Positions 48,267 through 61,520 of a stretch of 64,000 nt of DNA are shown here, in pieces. Source of the stretch: Fistulifera solaris (Eukaryota); the NCBI GenBank assembly GCA_030295235.1, contig AP026169.1, forward strand, positions 186,001 to 250,000, in the 5' to 3' direction. The translations under genes and the position numbers were made by a program. How positions within the stretch are numbered: the stretch's first letter is position 1; each line of letters starts with the position of its first letter. The notes beneath the pieces are model-generated. The model ran no database searches. It was not told the DNA's origin and worked only from the letters and a program-made list of their open reading frames with translations.

Positions 48267-50269
48267 TTACCGCTTTTTAATTGTTTCCAATTCGCGACGC
48301 AGGATACCCGCAAGATAGGCCGTTTTATTGCGCATGGTCGTTTTGTCAATCGACACAAATCGCTGCAAAGCGGCTACCGCCATGTTTTCGGGCAAGTCAT
48401 GGATCATACCAAGAATGCCATCATCCAAAGGACCTTCGACCGCCCCACTCGTTTGAATGCTCTGGCGAAAAGAACAATTGTGAGATAAATTGTTGTTGTG
48501 CAAAGAAAAAGCAAGATTTACAAGTTACAAACCTGAACCAAATACTGGACGGAGGGAGTGAGCTGACCCAACGTCGCCGTGGTCCGCCGACCGCTCCGAC
48601 CCGAATGGTGCTGCTCCGTCGGCGGATATTGCTGCAGAGTATTCGCTGGATACGCTGGCTGTGGCATACCTGGATTGTAGGGTGGATTCATGCCGCCATA
48701 GTTGGACATTGTGTTCTGAAGGTACGGCATGTTTGATTGTTGCATGCCATTCTGATTCGCCAAAGCCTGAACGGCCGAGGCCGCCTTGTCCGCGAGTCCA
48801 AAAATGTCCACCGACAAGCCTGGATTAGCGGAAGACTGCTGCCAATTTCCATAATTTGACGGCTGCGATGTTGCTGCACCGAACGGTGTTTGCTGTGAAT
48901 TCATCATCTGCGGTGGTTGCTGCGGATTCATCAGTTGCTGCGGTTGTGAATGCATCATTTGCTGCGCTGGTGGATTCATCATCATCATCTGCTGCTGCTG
49001 CTGCGGTGGATTCATCATGTGCGGTGGGGGTGGCGGGGGTGCTCCATACGCCGGCGGGTACATATTGGGACCTTGGTTGTAACCGTAGGTGTCATTCATC
49101 CTACGATTCGCAGCTTGGTTCATCCCGCTTCCATAGGCGTCCATTATCCTCCCATTCGGAGGTATCATGTTGTTCATTCCTGGCGGATTGTACGTCATTG
49201 AACTGGAATACATGGATTGCGGCTGCTGTTGCGGTGGTGGCATCGGATGCGGTCGATGACGATCATCGTACGAAGGAGCATATTTATTCGGAATCTCATG
49301 TCGTGTTTCCATACGATCACGGGATCGTTCACGAGTAGTATACGAAGGAGTCGACTTGGGATCACGATACGAAGGCTCTCTGCCACGCGGTTTCGACGAC
49401 GACGACGACGACGGCGCATCTCCTCGCATGTAGCGATTAAGGATTCCCATGAAATAACTCCCAAAATTGCGAATGGACGTTCGTTCGACACTGGACAGTT
49501 CGTCCAAGGCCAAGAGAGCATCCTTTTCGGACAACATGCGAATTTTGGAACGTACTTTTTCGTCCATTTCGTCGCGCGTACAAAATCCTGTCGAGACCAA
49601 CAACTCCAAACGATGATGGACGGCTGGTGTAATGTGATGTCCCATGGGCAAAATCTCCAATTGACCCGACTGCTGCGCCCGCGTGATGACACTTTGGTAG
49701 CGTTTGACGACGCCGTACAGATACGCCCCATGATTGCGAATACCGGAGCCTTTGACATCGACGGCATCATCGTATTCGGTGAGGGCATCATTGATGGATT
49801 GCGTGGGTAGTGTTTTGAGAATTTCTAGGAGTTTACCCTGACGGAGGAGTGCTCCAGTGACGGATTTGGGTATTTTGACTCCAGGTGGAAGATCAAAGGA
49901 TGCTGGATCGAGGAATGTGTGATTACTTGAAATGATCGAAGTAGTAGGCAAAGGAGGAGTTGGTAAAGTTGAAGCTGGAGTCGTTTGTCGTGCGGTTGGG
50001 GATTTGTGAGGAATGGGAATGTCGGAGAGCGATGGAGACGATTGATTATTAGGGGAAGGCGCAGTTGCGACTGAAGCAATACTTGTACTAGCCGGACGTT
50101 GACTATTTACGGATGTGGAAGACACGGGCTCTTGATTTGTGGCAATATCATCATCTCCCGCTTCAAATAGATCTTCCTCTTCCTCATCGTCTGGCTCTTT
50201 TTGGATGCTCGATGCGATGACGGTCTCCACTTTCTCAGGAGAAGATTGGTTCGTTGTTTCGTCTACCAT
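48267..50269 (-). CDS. Protein with three hnRNP-Q acidic (NURR/AcD-like) domains and a Q/P/M-rich prion-like region; intron 48532-48462
   Basis: Three copies of L....A..AL......IRN..AYL.G...[46 protein letters not shown]. Confidence 0.75.
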
Positions 50270-50840
50270 TGCTTCTAAATTTACTAGAGTCGAGACGAAT
50301 GAAAAATTTAGACCAGATAGAAGAAACGACACTCAAAGGAATGAACTGAATTTGATAAATAGTGAATAGTATCGCCGGGATGGATCCCAGTCAGGTGTCA
50401 TGTGGCTGCTGGCGTTGCGCTCTGTTTTGTGCATGTCCATTGCGTTGCTGCGGTCCGTTCTTCACGCCTTTCTTGTCCGCAAAAAAAGAAAAAGATCTTT
50501 TCCGCAATGGTCCTGGACCCTGGACTGAACCGTGCAATCACTAAAGAAGAATCGTAGCGGTACCGGTGCGGTCGGTAACTGTTCGTTGCACGTCTGTCCG
50601 TCGTCCATCACGAAGGCGCGAAACAGGATCGCCTCGCAAAATAAATGGAATACTACGGAGTAATACTTGTACCAGGTAACGCACCACCGAAATAGTCGAG
50701 ACATCCGCAACAACAACAACAACAATAACAACAACACCTACTACCAGTACCAGGCACGACAATACACTGCCGATTGCCGAGATCTACCAGTTCCTTTCTT
50801 CTCCTTTCACCCCTCATTCGTCTCATTGAAGAAATCGAAA

Positions 50841-53800
50841 ATGGTACAAGCCGAAATTCCTTTATGGATGTCTCACAATACGGTTTCGACGTCAGACGAT
50901 CCCCAACACAAAGCACTCGCGTTGTGGCAAAATCAACAAAAATGTGCCATTTACAGCATTGACATTTTTGAGCATTTAGTAGCAACAGCGGGAGGAGATG
51001 GGACGGTTAAATTGTGGAACAGTCAAGCCTTATTTGCTGCGGAAGGAAAATCGCATTATACACAAGAAGGAGATTACGCGAGTTCCGGATCGAGTGCCGA
51101 AGAAGAGGACGAGAGTCCTACTCTTCTTCTGAATCATCATCACCAGAATGACACGATCGAGGAACCCGTACACGATTTGAATCAAGCTGTTCGTCGAAAA
51201 AGGATGCTTCACCTCGCAAGCAACTATCATCATCGTCATCATCACCACCACCACCCCGCATCGCCCGAGAAACCATCACTACTGCATCATCGGCATCCAC
51301 ATCCCACCGACTCATCTGTACCCTCTCGGCACACACCGGTTCCTCCGTCTTAGCGGTCCGCTTTGCACCGTCCGGTCGTTATCTGGCATCGGCGGGAGAC
51401 GATGGGGCCGTTTGTATCTATGCTCCTTCTACTTCTTCTTCTTCTTCTTCTTTTTCCTCCAACACGCAATGGTCCCGCATTCGCTTGTGTCGGGGACATA
51501 ATCTCGATGTCGTCGATTTGGCGTGGGCCCCGGATGATTCGCACCTCGTATCGTGTTCTCTCGATTCGGAAACTCCCATTATTGTGTGGAAATTGACCGA
51601 TCTGTCGTCGACCAAATCTATGATTGCCAGTCCGTACAAAATATTAGGAAAAGACGTGCACAAAAGTACCGTCAAGGGCGTTGATTTTGATCCGGCCGGC
51701 TCGTATTTTGCGTCATCGGGAGATGATCCGGCCGTCTGTATCTGGAGAGCGCACGATGATTGGGGTCTCGAGCAACGCATTGATGCGTCGACCGGTATTT
51801 TCAAACAGTGGGGGACCGAATCATCAACGTCCAATCAATCGTTGTTTCGTCGTTTGAGTTGGTCCACCGACGGATCTTTTCTCTGTGCCACCAATGCAGT
51901 GGTCCGTCACAAAAATGTTGCATCGACCATTCGACGAGAAGGATGGAATGTCGGAGCCGATTCGGCGAATTTAGTGGGGCACAAACAACCCGTCGTCGTG
52001 AGTCGGCATGCTTCTTACTTATTGGATGGGCGACGGAAGAAGGAGAATAGTGAGGAAGACGAAGACCATGAGCCAGAAGCTGCCACACTACTGGCATTGG
52101 GAGACCGGCGAGGATTTGTGACCGTGTGGAGTACGAAAAAGTCACGTCCCATTTTCAAACTGCAATGTAGCGAAAGTCGTTGCACGGTGACCGATTTGGC
52201 GTGGGGCAAATATGGTTCCGGTAAAGACATCCAAGATATGGTCCTTTTAGTGTCGCTCTTGGATGGTCAAGTTGTGGCCATTCAATTCCATGTTCCTGAC
52301 GAGCTGGGGCCGTTTTTGAGTTCAGAGGATCAGGCTCGTGTATTTCAACTCCGGTATGGCATTGAAATGGACTCCAGCAGTTTGGGTCAGAGGCGAAAGA
52401 TGCTGGTTGGAAAGGGAAACGGTGCCAGCGATCTGATCGAAAATGCTTTTCAAATGTCTTTGGAAGAATCAGTGGGTAAAACACTTCCCGAAGCAGAAAA
52501 GGACGACCCACCACATGTTGCTCAAAGCTCGCTGCTTTCCTCTAGCTTGGTCCGGAAAAGAGCGACAACAATTTAGGACAAGATCGAAGAAAGCGAGCGC
52601 GATTAGTCCAGGTTGTAAATGACAACCCCACGCAAAGCACAAAACGACTAGAAGGCAACACGCAGTCTAAAGTAAATGAGCTCGATCCATTGCAAGCTGC
52701 ACTTAACGCTGCCGAAAGGGCCACGGATATCCTGGAAGGCGCTGCCTTAGCAGGACAACCAGGACAACCAAGTCGAACAGTTCAGCATGAAAGAGGCCAT
52801 ACCGACAAGTCGCAACAGCACAATCAGTCCAATCACCTGATCAATAACATTGCCTCCTCGGTCCCCTCACCTGTTCTTCCCCATAATACAAACCGTGTAC
52901 ATATCACAACGCTCCCGATAACCAGGGGAAGAAATGGCAATGGAGAACAATCCACAAAAGTAATCGTAGAGTGTACGAATTCCTCCAAAATCCCCTCAGG
53001 AGCCAAGGGCAACCCTGTTCCCTGCATTGACGTTGTGATAAAGAAAGACAATACTGCAACCTGGTCGGATCAGATAGTCGGCACATCCTGTGCGGCAGTA
53101 TCAGCATCGAATCGCTTTTTGGCCATCGGAACTGCCGACGGTTCCATCCAATTGTACGGAACCTCGCCCTCCATTGGATGGCTTTCAGCCAATGCCTTTC
53201 GCTCGCACCCTCCATTAATATGTAGTGGCGCTGTTGTGAGTTTGAGGCTAGAAGAGACGGAAGCTTCGTTGCAGATGCTAGTTGTCACTAGTGACGGTAG
53301 TTTCGGTCTTCACACTGTGTTTCCACGACTATCCCTGGTGAAAAAGGGTTCCATTTTACCACCCATGACTCACATGGCTTTATCAGCGGCATCCAACAAA
53401 GATTTGGTTTATCCACAACTATCTCGGATACAAATCACAAAGAACAATCAGCTGCTGCTACTTTTGTCATTTTCGAATACGAACAGAGAAAGCTGCGGAG
53501 TCGGCGGCTCCGTTCAATCCTTTGTGTACAACGACATGTCCGAACTCTGGATGCGCCTTGCGGATAGTCGTTTTGTTCTTTCGGATTTTTACAGCAGCTT
53601 GCCGTCACGTTCTCCCGCCGGACGTTTGACCGAAATCGACGATTCCGTGAAACTAGGGGCACTAGAATCGACTCTCAAAGCCTCGCACCGCAACGCCAGT
53701 GCTATTTATTTGCAAGGATCGGAAAAATCTGGCAATTTTCTGGCCACTCGAGCTCACTGTGAAGATCGTTTGGCCTGTGCTGTTGCTTTCGAATCGGGAC

Positions 53801-54081
53801 CCGAGTATCGCCTGTGGTTGGGACGGCTGGTGAGAATCCTCTCCATAACGGGAGACGAAACTGGCTTGCGCCTTTTGACCGAAATGATCCTTGGACGAGG
53901 GCCTTCTTTGACGAACGGAGTGGGCAATGATGACTCTTGTTGGTGGTTATCCCTGTCGCCCGAGGTACTGAAACAGGATCGCAAGGAACTCATTCAGTCG
54001 GTCGTACTGCCAGAAATGAGCAAGAATCGCTCGCTGCAGCGGCTCACAAACGAACTTTCTCTTGAAATAGAGCATGCATAG
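50841..54081 (+). CDS. HIRA: Histone chaperone HIRA (WD40 + C-terminal Hira domain); several apparent frameshifts
   Basis: AIYSID..ATAGGDGTVKLW, GHNLDVVDLAWAPD, VKGVDFDPAG, FRRLSWSTDG, ANLVGH, TRAHCEDRLACA..EYRLWL. Confidence 0.9.
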
Positions 54082-54375
54082 AGGAATCCTAACGTGTTGT
54101 TAGCCTTATTGAACCTGAGGTTGTCTGAAGCATCGACCATTTGCTTGGTAATAACAATAACCTTCCTCTTCGCACTGTCATTGATGATTTTCTTGGGCTT
54201 TCGTCTAGTTTAAGTAAACGTCTCATCGGTACTAACTCCAACCTGTTGCGTGTTGCTGTGTTGATGCGACGATGGCGGTAAGGCTCGTTTTGCTGATTTC
54301 TCAATCGTGCCTTCCTCTTCTGAAAAGTTTCTTACTCACTTTTCGAAATACTATTTCTTCTTTATCTGCCACACT

Positions 54376-55167
54376 ATGATGTTCTTTTGCAGTCTCGTAT
54401 GGTTGCTTTCTGTGCCAATTGGCGCGTTTTGGGTCAGCCCTCACACGATCCCGCCCCGTCGTCCTCTCCTCGCCGCAACCCTTAAACCAATCAGTGACAT
54501 GCGCGTTTCGGAACTACGGGACGAATTGCGGGAACGGGCAGTGGATTTTTCCGATTGCTTTGATAAAGAGAGTCTCTGTCAGCGATTAGAAGATGCAAGG
54601 AACAACAATGGCAACAACATGAAAACAAAGCAGGAAACTTCGAACACGACTCTCATCGACAAAGATGGGTTATTACAAGAAATTCGTAGCATGTCGGTAC
54701 GATCTTTGCGGGAAGATCTCGCCCGTCGCTCGATTCGGTGGGCGGGATTGTTGGAGAAGGAAGATTTGGTTCAAGCGGTGTATCAAGCACGCATCGAGGC
54801 ACAACAATTTTCTGTCACGGGTCAACTGGTTCCAGGAACGGTGACCGAAGTGAACGGCGACGCGTTGATGCAAGAATTGGGAAAGACCGATACACCGTTG
54901 CTGCTCGATGTCTTTGCCACATGGTGTGGTCCTTGTCAATTAGTTGCACCCCAATTGAAAGCCGTAGCCGCCAAAATGGGAACGAAGCTGCGTGTGTGCA
55001 AAATGGACAGCGACAAGGAACAATCCACCGCAGCTCAATTTAGGATACAGGGTTTACCCACGTTAATTCTGTTTCAAGGAGGCAAAGAAGTCAATCGAGT
55101 GGAAGGTGCCATGATGGAACCGCAAATCATTGCTTGGATTGAGAAAGAATTAGGGATCGCCGTTTAA
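54376..55167 (+). CDS. Plastid-targeted thioredoxin with two N-terminal SAP/HeH-like repeats
   Basis: Signal peptide ending IGA-FW; DVFATWCGPC; IQGLPTL; ELRDELRERAVDFSDCFDKESL and SLREDLARRSIRWAGLLEKEDL. Confidence 0.88.
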   Translation: MMFFCSLVWLLSVPIGAFWVSPHTIPPRRPLLAATLKPISDMRVSELRDELRERAVDFSDCFDKESLCQRLEDARNNNGNNMKTKQETSNTTLIDKDGLLQEIRSMSVRSLREDLARRSIRWAGLLEKEDLVQAVYQARIEAQQFSVTGQLVPGTVTEVNGDALMQELGKTDTPLLLDVFATWCGPCQLVAPQLKAVAAKMGTKLRVCKMDSDKEQSTAAQFRIQGLPTLILFQGGKEVNRVEGAMMEPQIIAWIEKELGIAV

Positions 55168-55244
55168 AGAGGCTAAAGAAGTAATATTGTAGTTCCGTTA
55201 GTAGCTTTACAACAATTGCTTCCGACAAGAACTCGGAGTAAAAA

Positions 55245-56787
55245 TTAGAATATATTACCCCAAATAGCAAGGGAGACAGATGATATTGACAAAAAGAGGA
55301 GAATCCACAAAGAAATAAGTTCGGCGCGATGACCTTGAATAAAGCCACAGTATACATCAATTGAACCAGGAGCCGCCGTGGTTTGCTTTTCATGAATGGC
55401 CAGTAGCAGTGGAAAAATGAACACAATCAAACTTGTAAAAATTATGCCGCCCCAACTTAATAGCTTGGTGATGGCGGTTCCATCATTCAAAAACCAAGCC
55501 GCCGCGAACGGTAAATACACTGACAATAGATTCGCCGTCCTGCGCGAGCAGGTGTGACTCCCCATCAAATTCAGCCGCGTCAGTACGCTAAAAAGCGGAG
55601 TCCCCAAGCCAATAATGGCAAATGCAAAAATAGACGCACCAAGTTCCATCGCCATTCCCATGGTACCGGTCATCATCGATTGTAACATGTTCTCCGACAC
55701 ATTCGGCATGGTCAAACTTCCGAGGAGACCGAGCGCTATATACATGGCGGTAGAGAGCAAGGTACTTCCATATATTACCGTGGGAACGTCGACATGTGGT
55801 TCTCGTTCGTACAGCCAGGCCGGTATAGCAATGGTTAAAGCAAAATTAAAAAGTACAACGCCAAACAAGTCATCCCAATCGTATCCCCACAGACTTGTAT
55901 TATCGAGAGACAACTCGGGCCACAGAGAGAACTGGATCACAAATTGGATACTGGTTATAACCAGAACCAAAAATCCAATAATTTGCCACAAAGCATTCTC
56001 TTTCAAATCGACCAAAGCCATGGGAAGAAATACCATCGTCACGCCGAGATTTCCTGCCGTAAACAAAATCCCATCTTGATCGTCAAACGGTATGCAGTCT
56101 CCACTGGCCAATTCTACTTCGGAGCACAAATCATAATTCCATCGCAACCATTCGGGTCCCTGAGACGTAATTAATAAAGCAGCGGCACCGCCATACATCC
56201 AGTGCGCCATGAAGGTATCGACCACTTGAGATGTGTCGACAATGCTACTGATATTCAAACAGGTGATACAAAAGAAAAACAAAACCTGCGTAATGACGAA
56301 CCACCGTCGTCCCCAAAAAATTTGAAACGCATCGGAATACTCGACTTCCTTTTTAAAGTCCGCATTCCCTTCGACTTTACTAATGGTATTGGCCAGGTGC
56401 GTGGAACAGAGCGATGACAAAAGGCCTACAAATAGGAGTGCCGCGCACGTGGGTATGATGCCCGAACGAGTAAAGGTCGCTGGTAGTGAAAGCATGGCGG
56501 GTCCGGTGAGTGAATTGACCGCAATGGCGAGTGAACCCAACATACCGATGGATCCTGTTGTTGCAATAGGGTTGAGTGAGAAATGTGGTGAGAGAAGATG
56601 ACAAGGAAAACGTTTTTTTAACGAACTTGGAAATATCTGTACCTGTATGTTCTTCAATCAATGAATTTAGCCGAAAGGATGCTTTAGCCATGGTAGAACG
56701 CAACCGCTGAGAAATGTTCTCCTGATTGTCCGGAGGTTTCGCAAATTTCACCGTGGTATTCAAGAGAGGTGTATTTTCACCAGCCAT
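55245..56787 (-). CDS. Amino acid transporter (Aa_trans family); intron 56642-56555
   Basis: AIAVNSLTGPAMLSLP, FGVVLFNFA...IPAW, many TM helices, and an N-terminal ENTPLL dileucine-type sorting motif. Confidence 0.82.
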
Positions 56788-57713
56788 TGCCGACGAATGA
56801 TGTTCTAACTTCGACCCGCTTCGAATCGACCGATATTTCAACAGGAATACGTTGTCTTGTAACGATTCTGGGTCTCAACAAAGCAATACAGTTGAGTAAT
56901 ACCACCAATTCCGATTATCTTGCATCTGAAATGGGCAAAATCGAGTTCGATGATGGAGGATGGAGGGAGCCATCCAGCATCCAGCATCCAGCATCATTCG
57001 TGTGGACGGATGGACCGAAACGGAGTAGGTCCATCACTTTCGGAGCTCGTGACTTCAGATTTCTCAGTCTTGCTAAGAAAAGCGAATGATCCTGAAACCT
57101 CAACCTTGTCGGGGAAACACACTTTGTGTTGTGTGAAAAACAGAAAACAGATACAAGAGGAGCATGTCCGATGACGACATTTGTCAATGTACAAAATCGA
57201 AGGCGTCCTTCAACTTTCTTGTTCTTCATGATTCTCTCCACAAAAATATTATAAGTGCAACAATATCTTTTTTGGAAAGTTGAATGTTCTTTGTTCGTTG
57301 ACAGGCTGTTTTCCGTATGTTGTAAGTACATCTACTTAATTCGCATATACTCATGATGAAAAGGAAGACAACTTCTCACTTCTTTTTCTCTTACACATTT
57401 TCCTTCGAAGGATGATGTAAGAATGACCTCCCGGACCTTCGACACATTCTTCCCTCTTCCTCAATCCAATCACTCCGATTTTCACAACCTTTTTTACCAT
57501 TACCATCGACATTCGATTGCCGAAAACGATTAGCCCATTCACCTTCATTGGCAGCCAAATAATCATATTTCATCCTTCATCTCTAGCTTCATTCTTGAAA
57601 GCAGCATTAGTGTTGTGTGATTGTAAATTACTGACGTGTCTCCCTTCAAGCGCTGCATGCTGACACAATTGTAAGACGAACTTCTTTGCGATACGACGTT
57701 TCGTGGAGAGCCC

Positions 57714-59488
57714 ATGCATACAATGAATCATGGCAATACCAACAATAACAACGAGGATCGTGGTAAAACTGGATTAGCATCCTTATCACAAACCCCGCTC
57801 TTCACGGCAGAGCAGCTACAAGCAATGTACCGGCAGTCTCAGCAGCGAAGCAACGTAACTTCCGGCAGCAATACGGCACAACAACCCTACGCCTCCATGA
57901 ATGACAATTCTAATCAAAATTGGATGCAGATGTTGCAACCAACACCACTGGGTGGTACCTTTCAGCAAACGGTGAATCAATCATCTCAGAATCGGGAAAT
58001 GCAACTCATGTTACAACAGCTCTTTCAAAACCAGCGTAATCAAGAAAGTAACCATCCAGCGACATCATTATTTACGCTAGGATCCACCGTGGAACCGATG
58101 CACCATCACAATTTGCCGGCGAACGAATCGGAAACTGACTTTTTTAAAACGATGTGGGACATAGAGGACACCACCGGTATTCTCGGGAAGCCACCCACTT
58201 CCTTCCAGTCTACCAAAACAGCGACAAAACGAAAGTGGACGGTAAGATTTGCGCTCGCTTTGTAACCATCCTAGTGATCTGCTCTCATCAAAGGCTTTTC
58301 TAGATAAACGGAGGCGTGACGAGTTCTGGGAATGGAATTATGCCGAATCAAACATCTTCCAGCAGCTTTGGAAATCCTTCCTTGCAATCGGAACAAACTT
58401 TTTCCTTTCCAGTTGACGCAATGGACGACTCGGAAGATTTCCAATTGCGTTATGGTTCTCGTGCTATTCGAGAAGAATCGCCAATGTCCATGTCGAGTGG
58501 TGTTGGCGCTCCTCCTACCCAGGAGTTGTTGCCCACCAGTCTGCTTTCATCATCTCGCGGACTGTCCAATATTTTGGAGCTACAGCCACCTAGCGAAGAG
58601 CTAAGCCGCATGGAGGAATCAAACACGGTTTCATTATCGGAAGAAGAGTATGCGTTTCTTTTGCCTTCGACTCTTTTACCCCCGTCGGTCATGGCGAGTG
58701 TGTTGCACCCGAGTCTTTCGACAGGTATGAGCACCAAAACTGCGGCTAGTTCTGGAGGGGGTAAATACAAGAAAAAGAAGGGGACCAAGTCAACTCGTCT
58801 GGAATCGCCTCTCGACGCGCTTCAACGCATTCTTTCACTCCAGGGTTACGGTCCGATCACACGCATTCCCGCCGAAACCGCGCACTACGAAACAGTTCCC
58901 TCTCCTTTGCAATTAGCTTCGTTCGGGACTGAGTTGATCAAAGCGATTCACGCCTCGGATACTCAACATCTATCGAAGTTGTTGGAAACTGGCTTGTCTC
59001 CGAATCCATGCAATAAATTTCGCGATTCAATGATTGATTTGGTATGCAAGCGAGCAAATGGAGAAATATTTAAATGCCTTGTGAATCACGGTTGCGATTT
59101 GAGAGTTTGCGATGGTTTCGGTAGGACACCTCTGCATCATTGCTGTTGGGCCAGCGAGTTCTCTCCCATCATTGCGACAACTATTTTGGAAATCGATTGG
59201 CTTCAGCTCTTCATCGAGGACAAACGCGGTCAAATACCTTTGGAGTACATCCGACCTGATCAAGCGGCGGAGTGGGTAGAGTTTCTAGAAGACAACCGCC
59301 AGCGCTTGTTTCCACCGGGGGGACGATCGCCGACCTTGCTTCCCGTAAAAGACTCTCGTCCGGACAACGTTCTCCCCGACCCGCCGAATTCACTACCTAT
59401 TGAGCTGGCTTCTGCTATATCGTCGGGGCGCTTGACACCAGATGACCTAATTAACATGGATCCCTCAACACGAGCGAAATTCAGATAA
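57714..59488 (+). CDS. Ankyrin-repeat protein with a Q/N/S-rich N-terminus; intron 58242-58303
   Basis: GLSPNPCNKF.DS..DLVCKR, CDGFGRTPLHHCCW, DKRGQIPLEY. Confidence 0.82.
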
Positions 59489-59634
59489 AAGCTGCAAGGC
59501 AGCATAAGATTACTCAGTTGAACAGGGAGGCAAAATAAATAAATGACGCGCCTATTCAGCTATAGCTTTAATATTTATTCATAATGAATATTCTCTGTCA
59601 AACACTGCTAGAACGCACTCAAGATGATCCGTCT

Positions 59635-60831
59635 CTACAATGAATAGGGATTCACTTTCTGTTTCTTTGATACTTGAGCTGCACTTTGCTCTGGTACAAC
59701 ATTCTGCTTCACAGGTCTTCCAACGCACGAAGGAGGCGAATCGGAAGGCCAGAACGAATCATCTAGTTTGCCGTATGGATCTTGCACGCTGTGACTTGCA
59801 GGTAAGGTAGAGTTGGAAATGACTTCTGCGCTAGAGTGGGTCGGGAGCGCAGTCTGAGCTCCGGTAGCAGTGCCTTTTCTATTGGTGTGACTGGTGGATG
59901 TCCCGCTTGCCACGGAAGGTACGTTATTGGGTAAATCGCGTGTGGGCATACATGCCACAGGGGCACTCTTTACAGAATGAGAAGCATTTGTTTCAATAGC
60001 ATTCTGCATTTCACTCCAGGCGATATCAATTGTGGAGTTTGTTTCATGATGGCTGGACGATGGCGTTATGACGGGTTTGATGGTATTGATATCTTTCGAT
60101 GACAACGAGCCATAATGACGAGTGTAATCCTTGTCGTATTGTTCAAGTGCTTGTGTAGCGGTGGCTGGTGCATCGTTGTATTTGAAATCTGTATTGTAAA
60201 GAGAATTTCCCAACTTGTCTCCAAAGTGTCGCGCGGCTCGTTTCATGGCATCCGTAATACTCCCTTTCAATGCGTGTTGCACTGCAGTTGCCAAACTTTT
60301 ATCGACGGAATCTCCAGCCCCAATGTCTTCCCGAAAGCTACCCGATCGAACATGAGTAATTCGTACCTGAGCCAAGTACGCTACATGCCATTTCCCTTGC
60401 GCGGCTTTGTCATTGGTGGATCGTTGTTGGTCACAAACGACTTGGTCCGTCTTTATGATAGACAAGTTCCAGCCATCATACCCAAACACTTGATTCAATG
60501 TTCTTGTGACTGAGTCTCCCGAAAGATAGTGCAGCTTCTTGCCGTGAGGACCAGGGCGACTCGATATATCGTGTTTAAGTGGTTTGCTATGTAACCACCG
60601 ATCGACGGAGATGGGACGTTGTTTGCTATCATGCATCACGGTACGGTCGATAGGATCTAGAATATAGTCAGGGACTGCTTGTTTTGATAGAGGGTCACTA
60701 GGAACGATGGGAGTTGCTGTGGGGATGACGAATCCGCTTTGTGGATCGACGGGTAGTTCGCGTAAGCTCATTCGCGACGGTCGAGGATGGCAGTCGAATG
60801 ACCGAGCATCAACCTTCGCAAGGGCCTCCAT
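59635..60831 (-). CDS. RAD52: DNA repair protein RAD52
   Basis: ISSRPGPHGKKLHYLSG...LNQVFGYDGW, GSFREDIGAG, KGSITDAMKRAARHFGDKLGNSLY. Confidence 0.92.
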   Translation of the reverse strand: MEALAKVDARSFDCHPRPSRMSLRELPVDPQSGFVIPTATPIVPSDPLSKQAVPDYILDPIDRTVMHDSKQRPISVDRWLHSKPLKHDISSRPGPHGKKLHYLSGDSVTRTLNQVFGYDGWNLSIIKTDQVVCDQQRSTNDKAAQGKWHVAYLAQVRITHVRSGSFREDIGAGDSVDKSLATAVQHALKGSITDAMKRAARHFGDKLGNSLYNTDFKYNDAPATATQALEQYDKDYTRHYGSLSSKDINTIKPVITPSSSHHETNSTIDIAWSEMQNAIETNASHSVKSAPVACMPTRDLPNNVPSVASGTSTSHTNRKGTATGAQTALPTHSSAEVISNSTLPASHSVQDPYGKLDDSFWPSDSPPSCVGRPVKQNVVPEQSAAQVSKKQKVNPYSL

Positions 60832-61520
60832 TGTTTCTAATCTAAGATCTAGGCCTGATACACGCCAAGTTTAGGGGCGACTGACTTGTTATGTACCAAA
60901 GCAGGAGTTTTGTTTGCATCGCGTTGAATAACATCCCTGGCATCAAATTCGGATGCGTGACAAAAGGTGAAGAAAATGTGTCGCAGACGAAAAAAGAAAA
61001 GAAGAGCGCGGCGCGGGTTGATAAGGACGTTTACTACATAAGTAACACCAGTCATTCACTATATTAAAAACCGTAAAAGAGACTATTACCTAATCTACAA
61101 CGTCTTATTGCCGCGGAGTTGGAAAGTCACATTTAGGTTGCGGTATTTAAGTGTTGCGTACCGGTACGTCATTTGTTTGTGATACTAAAAAGATCCGATG
61201 AGAAACTGGGAAGCTTGGCAGCCGTCCGCTGTCATCAAGCGCGATTTTGCCCGCGCCGCATCTCGCAAATCATTTTGTACATTGATGCGAACAACTTATA
61301 CAAGATACTTGCGAAGGTAAGATTTGACTGATTTGCTCGGAACTGAAAAGGGAACTGATACGACAACACCACGTCTCCTCCCTCTGAATTGGTTTTTGGG
61401 GTCTTTTATCAAAGAGTTCCTCTGAAACCACGCCGTGTTTGATGACGCGAACGGAGTTATTGACTCTCATCATCCTTTGTGTTGAATCTCACTTTCAGGC
61501 ACACAAACTTAAGATTCACT

